Below are positions 1-10,012 of a stretch of 64,000 nt of DNA, in pieces. A program made the translations under genes and the position numbers. A model generated the notes under the pieces. The model was not told the origin of the DNA. It ran no database searches and saw only the letters and a list, made by a program, of their open reading frames with translations. This DNA is from Vicugna vicugna (Eukaryota). Position 1 is the stretch's first letter. The number at the start of each line of letters is the position of its first letter. The stretch is from NCBI GenBank assembly GCA_013265495.1, contig MU061852.1, positions 3,751,582 through 3,815,581 of the forward strand, given 5' to 3'.

Positions 1-294
1 GGAGTTAGCCCCTGCCTCTGCTGGCCAAGAGCAGGGGCTGGACCCACACATCGGCTCCAGGCTTTCCCTGACACCCCAATCTGCCACTAGACTGTGCACC
101 CCATAAGGAGTGTATGTCCAACCTTAGCCGGGAACCAGGCACACCACTGGTGCCCAGAGCACAGCTGCTGGGCTGGGAGCACATTTGGCTCACCCTACCC
201 CAGCGCCTCAGGCAAAGCAGGCAGTGGTCAGTGCCGGTGGTGGCACGTGCCTATGAGGAGGAGCTGGTCCCTGCATGGCCAGCAGCCTACGTAC

Positions 295-430
295 CTCTGT
301 CTGCACCATGGCTGGGCGCTGTGTGCGTAGGGTCTTCACGGTCTGGAACATGTCAACCACGCCCTCATAGCGCATCCGCTCCAGAACGATGCTCAGTGTG
401 ATGAACACCCCGGTGCGGCCCACACCGGCA
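295..430 (-). CDS. PTPRF: PTPRF exon (~ex33), D2: [13 protein letters not shown]...MVQTE
   Basis: gggcag|TGCCGG ... AGAG|gtacgt; 136 nt. Confidence 0.98.
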
Positions 431-516
431 CTGCCCAAGGACAACGCTGGGTCAGGGCCCCTGTCCCTGGGCCCCCAGGCCCCCAGCCGCCCAGCCCTCC
501 ACAGGGTTGGCCCCAC

Positions 517-671
517 CTGCAGTGCACCGTGATGGGCCCGTCCTGCCCAAACTGCTCCTTGGTCTTGTGCACCTGCCCAATGAAGTCGATGAAGCCCTCG
601 CCCGTTTTGGGCACACCCTGCTCCGGCCAGTCTGTGAACTGGAACTGCCGGATTGTCCTCGACTGCCCATC
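517..671 (-). CDS. PTPRF: PTPRF exon (~ex32), D2: [10 protein letters not shown]...WPEQGVP...ITVHC
   Basis: ctccag|GATGGG ... GCAG|gtgggg; 155 nt; WPE instead of WPD is the usual D2 state. Confidence 0.98.
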
Positions 672-940
672 CTGGAGAGGCAGCAGGGGGTGGGGTCAGG
701 GCTGAGCCTCAGGCAACAGCCCCCCCAAGCCAAGGGGGTGGCACAGCAGCACAGGTAAGCCCCCTGAAGTTGTTACACTGAGGCCACCTTGGGAAATGGG
801 CTCTTGCTTCCACACCTCACCTCAGATTCCTGTGGGTTGAGCTGTAGGCACCATGTAGGCAGTACCCACTCCACAGGGGCTCAGGCAATGTTACAGACAT
901 GCTTTCGCGCAAATACGCACACTTCCCTGTCCACACTTAC

Positions 941-1066
941 CCNNNNNNNNNNNNNNNNNNNNNNNNNNNNNNNNNNNNNNNNNNNNNNNNNNNNNNNNNN
1001 NNNNNNNNNNNNNNNNNNNNNNNNNNNNNNNNNNNNNNNNNNNNNNNNNNNNNNNNNNNNNNNNNN
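941..1066 (-). CDS. PTPRF: PTPRF exon (~ex31), D2 (expected EKCHQYWP...VTDAR), almost entirely in N-gap
   Basis: Only the last two bases (GG) and donor gtaagt are visible; the expected 126-nt exon fits the 140-nt gap. Confidence 0.7.
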
Positions 1067-1082
1067 NNNNNNNNNNNNNNNN
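943..1082. other. Assembly gap (140 N)
   Basis: Run of N. Confidence 1.
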
Positions 1083-1273
1083 CAGCCCCACGGTCAGGTG
1101 GGGAGGAAGAGGGGAAGGGAGTTCCGAGTTTCAGAGGATTCGAGGTGGGATGCTGCAGGTGGTGATAATGGGGTCTGAGACTACACTGATGGGGCTGGGA
1201 CGTGAAGGAGACGATAGTGAAGGGGTGGCTGGTGTGCTCCCAGGTACCAGGGGGACCCCGGGGGTGGGCTCAC

Positions 1274-1400
1274 CCTGCCCATCTCCCGAAGCCTGGTCAG
1301 CATGACGATGATGGTGGNNNNNNNNNNNNNNNNNNNNNNNNNNNNNNNNNNNNNNNNNNNNNNNNNNNNNNNNNNNNNNNNNNNNNNNNNNNNNNNNNNN
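1274..1400 (-). CDS. PTPRF: PTPRF exon (~ex30), D2: ...TIIVMLTRLREMGR; 5' part in N-gap
   Basis: CAGG|gtgagc at 1274; only 1274-1317 is sequenced; start at 1400 inferred from the expected 127-nt length. Confidence 0.85.
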
Positions 1401-1449
1401 NNNNNNNNNNNNNNNNNNNNNNNNNNNNNNNNNNNNNNNNNNNNNNNNN
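1318..1449. other. Assembly gap (132 N)
   Basis: Run of N. Confidence 1.
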
Positions 1450-1605
1450 GTCTCCCCATGGTTGCCTAGTCCCTCAGGGCCCACTCAGATCACCCCTCCT
1501 CCAGGAAGCCCACCCTGGTCTTCCAGGCTGGCCCTACTCTGTTGCACTCCTAGCCAGCCAGGCACAGGCCTAGCCACCCATGGGTATGGTGGACTTCTCC
1601 AAGCA

Positions 1606-1739
1606 NNNNNNNNNNNNNNNNNNNNNNNNNNNNNNNNNNNNNNNNNNNNNNNNNNNNNNNNNNNNNNNNNNNNNNNNNNNNNNNNNNNNNNNNNNNNNNN
1701 NNNNNNNNNNNNNNNNNNNNNNNNNNNNNNNNNNNNNNN
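1606..1739. other. Assembly gap (134 N)
   Basis: Run of N. Confidence 1.
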
Positions 1740-1791
1740 GCAAGTTGGCGCTGATGAAGCGGGATGTGTGGGCCTTGGAGCTGGCCAGCAG
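1613..1791 (-). CDS. PTPRF: PTPRF exon (~ex29), D2 start: [17 protein letters not shown]...; 3' part in N-gap
   Basis: cactag|CTGCTG at 1791; only 1740-1791 is sequenced; end at 1613 inferred from the expected 179-nt length. Confidence 0.85.
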
Positions 1792-1871
1792 CTAGTGAGA
1801 GGGAGGGGCTGGTCAGGCCTGGCTTCCAGGGGGAAATCATCCCCATGACCCAGTCCAGGCCCTGAGCCCAC

Positions 1872-2157
1872 CTTGAACTCGAGCTCCATGGCAGTCACAC
1901 TCTCCCCAGGAGGCACTTGGCCCAGCTTCTGGATGTGGGCATAGAGGTTGCGGGCGGGCACCTCTGTGTGTCCACATGTGGCGGCCTCCAGCAACGCTTC
2001 GTGGATGAACACGTACTGGTCCTCGGTCTGCACCATGTAGTTCCGCTGAGACCGCATGCACGTCACGTGGCCGTAGATGTCCACCGTCTTCTCGTGCTTC
2101 ATCCGCTCCAGCATGGCATCGATGACGATGAAGCAGCCCGTGCGGCCCACGCCCGCG
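1872..2157 (-). CDS. PTPRF: PTPRF exon (~ex28), D1 P-loop/Q-loop and linker: SAGVGRTG...MELEFK
   Basis: ctgcag|CGCGGG ... CAAG|gtgggc; 286 nt. Confidence 0.98.
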
Positions 2158-2239
2158 CTGCAGGACATGGGCTCAGCCTGGGCAGAGGCCCCCCACCGCC
2201 TCCACGCCCCTACCTCCCTGGGGTGCGGTGCCTCCTTAC

Positions 2240-2394
2240 CTGCAGTGCGCCACCATGGGCCCCGCGTCCAGCGGGTTGCAGGCCTTGACCCGACGCAGGA
2301 AGGCCAGGATGGGGGTTGGGTATTCGGGAACTCCGTGGTCTGGCCAGGCCATGAACTGGAACTGACGCAGCTCCCGCTTCTCACTGGAGCCGCT
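2240..2394 (-). CDS. PTPRF: PTPRF exon (~ex27), D1 WPD loop to catalytic Cys: SGSSEKRE...WPDHGVP...MVAHC
   Basis: ccccag|AGCGGC ... GCAG|gtaagg; 155 nt. Confidence 0.98.
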
Positions 2395-2694
2395 CTGGGG
2401 AGGATGGTGGGGGAGACGGTGTGACCCAGGGAGTGTTCCTACAGCAGACTTGGGGCAGGATGCCCTGACGCAGAGGCCAGACCCTGTGCTCTGATGGGAC
2501 TCACACAGAGCAGCCTGAAGCAGCTCACGGTGCTGCTTCCGTCCATCCCATCCTGGCTCTGGCCACCACAGCCCACTCACACCTCCAAGCCCCGAACTCC
2601 AACATTGGGTTCCCCCCAGCATACCACCATGCTCAGACCACTGTCCTAACAGGGCCTGGGAGGGCGGGGGACAAACACCAGGGCAGGGCCGCAC

Positions 2695-2814
2695 CTTGTG
2701 GAGCGCAAAGGTGCGCACAGTGTACGTGGCCAGCTCCACTGTGTCCAAAAGGGTCACCTGAATGAGGCCGTAGGTCTCGGTGCCACGAGCCGGCCAGTAC
2801 TGATCACACTTCAC
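2695..2814 (-). CDS. PTPRF: PTPRF exon (~ex26), D1: VKCDQYWP...TFALHK
   Basis: ctgcag|GTGAAG ... CAAG|gtgcgg; 120 nt. Confidence 0.98.
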
Positions 2815-3542
2815 CTGCAGAGGGACAGCCGGGCAGGGTGCAAGGGTGTTTGGAGGTACCCAAAAGCTCAGACGGGCAGGGTCCAGGGTGGAGGCAGGCT
2901 GGAATGTCCAGCCTACCCAGCTACGAGGCCCCCCTGCCCCAAACTCTCAGATCCATCACACCATCCCTCACCAAACCATATCAGCTTCTCTCGCTACACT
3001 GCCACCCCTGCCCTCGGAGGGGAACGAGGGCCATAATTGAAAATTATTTATTCATGACCAGATCGCACCAGGCACATTTTCTGCCAAATTTACCCATAAC
3101 GTTTACACGCCATTTTCAAGCTCTGTAAATTTTACGTTCCAGTCGATGCTTTGCTGTGTAGAAGCAGATAAGAACAGCTCTTTCCACTAATTAACTTAGG
3201 GGATGTGTTAATGCCCCAGCAACACTCCAGCATCTGGGGAAGGCATGAACATCCCAGGAACACACCAGCGACGGGAGAACCTACTAATATTCTTGAAAAA
3301 TGACAGCACCTGGTGCAACATATGAACATGTCAGGAGCCCACTAGGGTCTGGGGAACACGCCACATCCCAGGAACACCCAGCAACTGGGATATGATGACA
3401 CCCCAGGAATGCAATAGTGCTTGGCACGTCCCTTGAGGAACTTCTTCCCACAGGGACATGAAAAGGGGCCCAAAGTCACCTGATGGCTGAGTAGCCCCTC
3501 CCCTCAGCCTCCACTGCCAAGCAGGGCACTGCCCAGTCTTAC

Positions 3543-3718
3543 CCGGGACTTCTCCTCCAGCCGCGTCATCATGACCACAGTGGCTGTGCGCTGCTCCCAC
3601 ACCATCCGCCAGAAATCACCCATGGTCTCGGGCAGCGGGCCCTGCGTGGCAATGTAGGCATTCTGCTTGCGGTAGCCGTCGATGTAGTTGGCATTGATGT
3701 AGTCACTCCCCGGGACAC
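3543..3718 (-). CDS. PTPRF: PTPRF exon (~ex25), D1: [12 protein letters not shown]...LEEKSR
   Basis: ctgtag|GTGTCC ... CCGG|gtaaga; 176 nt. Confidence 0.98.
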
Positions 3719-3879
3719 CTACAGACAGGAAGGGATGTGGGAAGGCGTTATCCTGGGGCTTCCAACCAAGCCCACCGTACCTCAGTGTGCCCTGGAACCC
3801 GTGGGCTGCTTCTGGAGGATGAAATGTCACCCCAGAGAGGAGAGCAAGGGGGTGGGAAGGGGCCCCGCCTGCGGCTCAC

Positions 3880-4003
3880 CATCGATGGAGGTAAGGATGA
3901 CTCGAGAGTGGTCGTAGGCAATGACATTGGCGTAGCGGTTCTTGGGCTTGTTCACCTCCAGGTTTGAATTCTCCCATGTGAACTGTTGTCCAGGGTCAAT
4001 GGA
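3880..4003 (-). CDS. PTPRF: PTPRF exon (~ex24), D1 KNRY loop: [10 protein letters not shown]...ILTSID
   Basis: ctgcag|TCCATT ... GATG|gtgagc; 124 nt. Confidence 0.98.
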
Positions 4004-4539
4004 CTGCAGGAAATGGAGGAGGCCGGTCAAGTAGCACAAGAGTTGAGTTCTACCTAGTGCCCCCAAGGCAACCCAGCCTTTCAGGTGGTGCCCACAGCCT
4101 GCCTTCACTCCTAGGCCACAGCCAGCCGCTCTGTCCCATAGAGCTGGTAAGGCTGTGCACTGGCCACCCCACCAAGGAGCGCAAAGGCTGCCATGGCACC
4201 TGTCAGCAAGACGATGGACCAAAGACTCCTCTAACAGAGGTCCCAAATTCCCTTGCCCAGAAGAGTGGTCGGGGTGGGGTGGGGGTCAGGGAAGTCCCCA
4301 AACCCTGCACCCAGCTAATGCACGATGCAGAGCAAGATGAAGCAACAGTGGCTGGCACTGCCGGGGCTTGGACACCACTGCATGGCTTTGCCCAGCTCTC
4401 CTCCTCTCTCTCTGGCTGTTCCTTCCCATGGGCAGGACACGGCGCTTCTCCTGGTGAATTCTCGGGCCCTCTTTCCTCTTTGCAACCTTTCCTGGGGGAA
4501 TTTGCTTGCTCTCAGGACTTACACCCACGTGCTAGCACT

Positions 4540-4900
4540 GCCACAACCCGTGTCTCCCCCACGCTCCTGATCCGAACAGCCAACAGCCCCTTGGACATCC
4601 CCACCTGGACATCCTGCAGCCCTTCCATCTCAACCTTTGCCAAGCTGAGCTCATCAGCTTTCCCTGCAAACCTAGTTCTGCTGCTAGGACTCCATCTCGG
4701 TGAAGGGCAATGGCCTCATTTACCCAAAAGCCCAGGCCGGAACCTGCAAATCGTCTTCAAAACTCCTCTGCCGCGTCCCATCAGAACCCATGTCCCGGAG
4801 CAACCCCACCCCTTGGCTCTCTCCAACCTGCTGCCAGGGCCTCAGCAAAGCCACCCTCCCGCTCAGACTTGGCATCTCCCTGCCTCTTCACTTTGCCCTA
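4540..4900 (+). mobile_element. LINE L2 fragment (approximate bounds)
   Basis: cccttggacatccccacctggacatcc resembles the L2 consensus as recalled. Confidence 0.55.
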
Positions 4901-4995
4901 CCCCGTCCTGCAGCCGGAACACCCCTTGTAAATGCAGATCTGATCATCAAGTTCCCTGCTTCTTGCCTTCCATGGCCCCGCATCACCTTAGGGGA

Positions 4996-5130
4996 CAATA
5001 ATAACAGCTGAGTCCTAGTGAAAACTTACGGAGTGCTTGGCACTGTCTTAAGCACTCTGCATGTATTCTCTCATCTAATCCTCCCAAGAAACTGGTTCTA
5101 TTACCATCCCCCTTTCACAGAGGAACACAG
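4996..5130 (-). mobile_element. MIR SINE fragment
   Basis: aataataacagct...ggcactgtcttaagcact...atctaatcctc...ttcacagaggaa, reverse MIR 3' half. Confidence 0.8.
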
Positions 5131-6318
5131 CCCAGGGCTCTCAGAGCAGCGCATAATGCCCTCCATGTTTTGGCGCTGCCCCATCATCCTCCACAGGACA
5201 GTGAGCACCACTTCCATGAGTGCCCCCAGCACACCCGCCCCAGCCTGCGTCGGTGCCACCAGCTCACCTTCTCCGCATGTCTGCATTGGGGCACGTCGTC
5301 ACACTCAGTTTACCTGTGTGCGCTGTCTCCCCACCAGCCCTCCCTGCCCCCAGCACCCTGCACAGGGTAGATGTTGGACTATGCGTGAGGACTGACTGAC
5401 AGTTCAAAGTAACAGAGCTATGGGATCCTGGCTGAGGGAAAGCTCACGGCAGGCTGGCCAGGGCCAGAGAAGGCTCCCTGGAGGAGGAGGGTCTTGAAGC
5501 AAAGCTCAGGCTGGAGGAGAAGGTGGAAGGGGGACTCCGTGAGCCTAGACAGTGAGGCACAGAGCCCAATCGGGAGGATGTGGGACGTGGAACTAGGTGA
5601 GTGAGTAGAAGACCACGTGAGGCCTTCCGGGCCAGATAAGGGACTGAAAGCAGGGGGCCCAACTCACCGCTCTGTCCCCCTCGCAGCAGGGCCTTGTGCA
5701 GAGCAGGCCCCCGAGTGCGAGGGCACTCTACAGGGGGCAGCAGCACACTCTTCTCGCAGCAGACGTGCTCACCATTTCGCCTGCCAAGCTCCAGTTCCTC
5801 TGCGGGACCTGGCCCACAGCCCTTGGAAGGGAAGCTTCCCAGGATACCGTGCACAGCCGAGGGTGTACATCTGACTCACAGGCGGCGCTGGGCCAGCCCA
5901 TCGATCACCTATCCATCCACCAAGACCCCTGTGCCAGGCCTGCGCTGGAGGCAGGGGGACTAGTAGGGGCTGAGGCAGAAAATGCCTTAACAACATCTGT
6001 GCTTCCATCTGTGAACCTTAGAGGAGGCAGGGGTCTCATTATCACCTCCTTAATACCTCCTTCATTAGCAAAGTGCCTCCCCTGCTGGGCCTGGAAGCCC
6101 TGACTGCAGGTGAGGGAGCAGCAGCGCTCACAAGTCTGAGCCCTGGTCGGTAGGTAGGTAGGGTCGAGTCCAGAGTGAAGGAACACCTGGAGGGCCCTGA
6201 GCATGAGGGTCTGTGCAGCAAGACTCAAGCCCTGACCCCCCCACATCTCTGTGATCTGCATTCTGAGAACACCCGTGAACACACACACGTGTGGGGCCCG
6301 GGCTGTCAAGACAGTCTC

Positions 6319-6470
6319 CACTATGCATCAGCTGTGTGACCTCAGGCAAGTCACTTCCTCTCTCGGAGCCTCAGCGTCTTGTCTGTAAGATGGGATAACA
6401 CCTGTACACACTTCACAGGACTGTGGGGAGGACAGAATGAGGTGATGCATGCCCAGTGCCTAGCCTGGCG
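6319..6470 (+). mobile_element. MIR SINE fragment
   Basis: gctgtgtgacctcaggcaagtcactt...gcctcag...ctgtaagatggga MIR core. Confidence 0.85.
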
Positions 6471-6778
6471 TCAGCCCACAGGGAGCTCTCCATAAATGTC
6501 GGCTGATTACTCATCTATGTGTGTGTGTGACCTCCTGTCTGACTGTTAGCTTTGAGGCATGTGTCTGAGTGTCCTGACCTAGAGTGCTTGGGGAGCCTCA
6601 GCCAGCTCCAGCACCTGAGGAGCTGAGTTCCCCGCTTGCTACAGCTGACTTCTCCATTCTGTCCTCTGGGGAAGCCTGGAGTCCCCCTCCCACAGCTGGG
6701 GCTGAGATGGGAGAGGAGCCGCCACAGGGCCAGGCCTGGACCAGGCATGTGCAGGGGTTCAGGATGAGGATGACTCAC

Positions 6779-6876
6779 CTCGTATTCTTGGGAGAACTTG
6801 AGGCCATCGTTGGCTTTGAGGCGCTCGATGTTGTCTGCCAGATCAGTGATGGGGATGGGCGGGTGGTCTCGCATAC
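6779..6876 (-). CDS. PTPRF: PTPRF exon (~ex23), wedge region: GMRDHPPIP...FSQEYE
   Basis: ccctag|GTATGC ... CGAG|gtgagt; 98 nt; GCTAAC branch site at 6904-6909. Confidence 0.98.
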
Positions 6877-7349
6877 CTAGGGGCGGGGGCACATACAGGC
6901 AGAGTTAGCGTGAAGCCTGAGTGCAGTGGTGGAGACAGCCCCGATGCATGGATATGCACATGTGAACACGTGTGACCATGGAGCACTTGGCACTGGTGGC
7001 ATGGAGAGCAGTACATGCGGCGACAGGGATGGCAGGGCACACGGTGGCAGGGGGTGGGAGAGGACAGGGAGGGAAGTGTGTGTGTGCCGTGAGCATGTGT
7101 GAGCATGTCCATGTGACACAGTGCTGAGCGGCAGGTTCTCAATGGGGATGGGAGACTTCCGGAGCCGGAAGCCTAGGTTGAGAGCAGCGGACAGGATGGA
7201 ACTGGGCTGCTTCAGCCTGTGCCCTGCCCGCGGGCCCTGCCTCTGGACAGCACTCCTGCCCCTCACTGGCGCCAGTCACCATGGGAGGCTCTGTGACATT
7301 ACTATCCCAGCGCCCAGCATGTGGATGGAGCGATCATGATGTACACGGC

Positions 7350-7620
7350 AGAGTGACGTGGAAGAACTTGGAGAGAGAAGCAGAGAGGAGAAGGAGACAG
7401 GGAGGCAGAAGAGGCATCAGAAAAGTGTCAGAATGAGGCCAGAGGAGAGAGAGGCAGAGATAGGTGGGAGGGAAAATAGGGGAGGAAGGGAGCAAGGTGG
7501 GGAGAGAGAGGGATGGAGAAGGAAAGGGCAGGAGACAGCAAGAAGGGGGAGAAGAATGAGGAAAGGGGAGAGAAGAACTCAAGAAGGAGAGAGGTGACAG
7601 GTGAGAGCAGCGGAGGAAAT
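7350..7620. repeat. GA-rich low-complexity tract (polypyrimidine on the PTPRF sense strand)
   Basis: Almost entirely G/A on the plus strand. Confidence 0.85.
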
Positions 7621-7668
7621 ACACAGAAGCTGGAGTGGGCCCCAAACACGGGAACGTGGAAAACTAAC

Positions 7669-7701
7669 TTGAGATATTCGGGCAACTGGGGACACTGGAA
7701 C
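7669..7701 (-). CDS. PTPRF: PTPRF 33-nt micro-exon, LASE-a type (TP-GSSVPSCPNIS-SMRDH)
   Basis: ttctgcag|GTTCCAGTGTCCCCAGTTGCCCGAATATCTCAA|gttagt; phase 1-1; strong pyrimidine tract; matches the 11-aa juxtamembrane LAR insert as I recall it. Confidence 0.9.
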
Positions 7702-8759
7702 CTGCAGAAGAAAAGAACAGAAACAACGGGGCAAGAGAAGGAAATCCATTAACCTCTGGTTAGGTCACTGTTGGACACAGTGAGGGGCTGAGGGCTCGGG
7801 AGGGGCAGGCCCTCCCTGCAGACACATCTCCCACCCAGAGCTTGGGCGGCCTCAGGGGGCCTCTATGACTAAATTCTAGGTTCAAACCAACCCTTGTGCT
7901 CCCTGGTATCAAAGTTTGACCGTGGCTATTTCCAGATGATTCGGCAAAAGGTAAATGTGCTTTTATAGAGAGATGAAGCACATGTGGCGAGAAACGAAAG
8001 GGTGAATCTATAGGAGGACGTGCAGTGGAGGACTGTATTGCTTTCAGCTTTTATCCGCGTTGGAAGCATTTTCAGGATAAAAGCTAAACTACAAAAGAAA
8101 TTACAAACGTTTGCTAAACTGAAAAAAAGGAAACCTTCAGCCGTGGACAGCACTGCCATCCTCGCTGTCTGCCCCCACCGCCCATCGTAGCTTCTGGTCA
8201 CTGGTTAATGCCCCGGGGCCGCCCTTGTGCACAGGACGCCTCTTCCCGCTAGCAGCCTCGTGCCCTGATCTCAACACCTGTGGGACCCTCACGGTGCCCC
8301 TCCCCATGGCCTGCCCCTGGCCACAGCATCCCGTCCTTTGGAACCCCAACCCTTTTAAACACCGTCTCAGGCCTCTCCACTCCGCTTTCTCCTCTCAGAC
8401 CCCTGCCATTTCCCCTGGCCTTGCAGTAGCCACAGGGGTTCAGGCCCGGGCCAGCTCTCACACCCACTTGCTCATTCCCCACTGGCCGCCTCAATCCATC
8501 TAAATGCTCCTACCCCCAGGACTCGGCCGCCACGGCTCGCCAACGTCCTCAATGCCAAAGTCCTCCATCTGGGCCCCCCCTCGAACAGCCCTCCCTGCCT
8601 GGCTTCAGGGACACTCCTATTCCCTCCTTCCCCTCCTTGGCTACATTTCATCCATCCTTCCTCAACATTCCACCTCCTTCCCCGGCTGCTCTTCCCCCTC
8701 CTCCTCTTCTCCTGGGAGAGCCATTCCCAGGCTTTGACCACCGTTGAGTTCCTAGGCAC

Positions 8760-9300
8760 CTCCTGTGCCTGTGGCTCCAGCCAGGATGTCGGTGCAGAGG
8801 TCCAGACCCTAAGATCCAGCTGCCCCCTGGACCCTCCCAACCCACCGCTCAGCCAGCAACCATGGAGCAAGCCTGGCGTCCCCGCCCCCATTTCCTCACT
8901 CTATGTGGAATCAAGCCCAGCCCTGCTGTTCCTGCCTCCCTAATGCTTCCCAAGCACACCTCTTCCCTCCGCCACCCACCTCGTCCAAGTCCTCTGCACC
9001 TTCTCAATAGTCTGCCTCCCCACCTTCTCCTCTTCCAATCTGTCTTCCCCACGGCAGCCAGAGCGATGCTTCTAAAGCACAATTCTGCCCAACTAGCCCC
9101 TGCTAAAAAACCTTTAATGTCTTCCTGGAGCTCTCAAGATGAAGTCCAAACCCTGTAGCCTGGCACCCAGGTTCCTCTATGACTGGACCCTGGCCTAATC
9201 CTCCAGTCTCTTCTCTAGGCTCTCAACATCCTCAACTCCAGCGCCACAGAACACGGCGCCCCGAGCTGCTTTCCACAAAGGGTGCTCCCTCCCACCCACT
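8760..9300 (+). mobile_element. LINE L2 fragment (approximate bounds)
   Basis: cagccagagcgatgcttctaaagcac...aagatgaagtccaaacc L2-like motifs. Confidence 0.6.
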
Positions 9301-9399
9301 CTGCCCGCTAATGTAGGTTAGCATCCCCTCTCAGAGGAGGCAGCTCTGCCCTCCAGGCCCCAGCATCCTGGAGCTTTGGTTCCTCGTAGATCTGAGCAT

Positions 9400-10012
9400 G
9401 CCTGGCTGCAACAGTCTGCTAGGTCAGCCTGGCTTGCTCGCTCTCAGGACATGCGCCCTTGGAACTCAAATCAGCATGTTATGGGGGAGCCCAGGCCACA
9501 GGAAGAGGCCTTACGTGGTTGTCACAGCCAAAAACCCCAGCGGGCTCATAGCCAACTCCAGCGTCAACCACCAGACACAAGAATGAATGTATCTCCAGAA
9601 TTCAGGGGCTGGCAAACTTTTCTATAAAAGGCCAGGTAGTAAATATTTTTGGCTTTGTAGACATATGGTATCTATCATATCTACTTAACTCTGCTTTTGT
9701 AGTGTGAAAACAGTCACAGACAATACATAAATGAACAGATGTGGCTGTGTTCCAATAAAACTCTATTTGCAAAAACAGGTGGTGGGTCGCATTTGGCCCA
9801 GGGTCATAGTTCGCTGACCCCTGGTTTAAATGATTCTGGCTCCCAGCCTTTGAGTCTTCCGGCTGAGAGCCCAGACATTCTGGAACAGAGACAAGCCACT
9901 CCTGCTATGCTCCTGTCTGAATTTCTGACTCACAAAAACTGTGAGAATAGTACATAATTGTTGTTGTTTTCATCCACGAAGTTTTGGGGTAATTTAGTAT
10001 GCAGCAATTAAC
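9400..10012 (+). mobile_element. MLT1-type LTR (ERVL-MaLR), split by MER58A
   Basis: cttggaactcaaatcagcatg...gcccaggccac and 3' end ttgttgttgttt...aagttttggggtaattt..tatgcagcaat. Confidence 0.7.
9603..9823 (+). mobile_element. MER58A-like hAT-Charlie MITE, full length (~220 bp)
   Basis: Terminal inverted repeats caggggctggcaaact ... agttcgctgacccctg; internal ttccaataaaactctatttgcaaaaacagg. Confidence 0.9.

Noticed and set aside
1-294. Search for the last coding exon ([22 protein letters not shown])
   Set aside because: Not present; it must lie beyond position 1.
517-671. WPE instead of WPD in the second phosphatase domain
   Set aside because: Normal for the LAR-family D2 domain; not a lesion.
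4057-5001. 314-aa plus-strand ORF
   Set aside because: Low-complexity P/S/L-rich translation, overlaps an L2 fragment, no domain or splice support; long ORFs are expected in GC-rich DNA.
7926-8201. 91-aa minus-strand ORF across the AT-rich hairpin island, as a possible extra exon
   Set aside because: No convincing acceptor-donor pair in compatible phase; the donor-like site (GAAG|GTTTCC) is weak.
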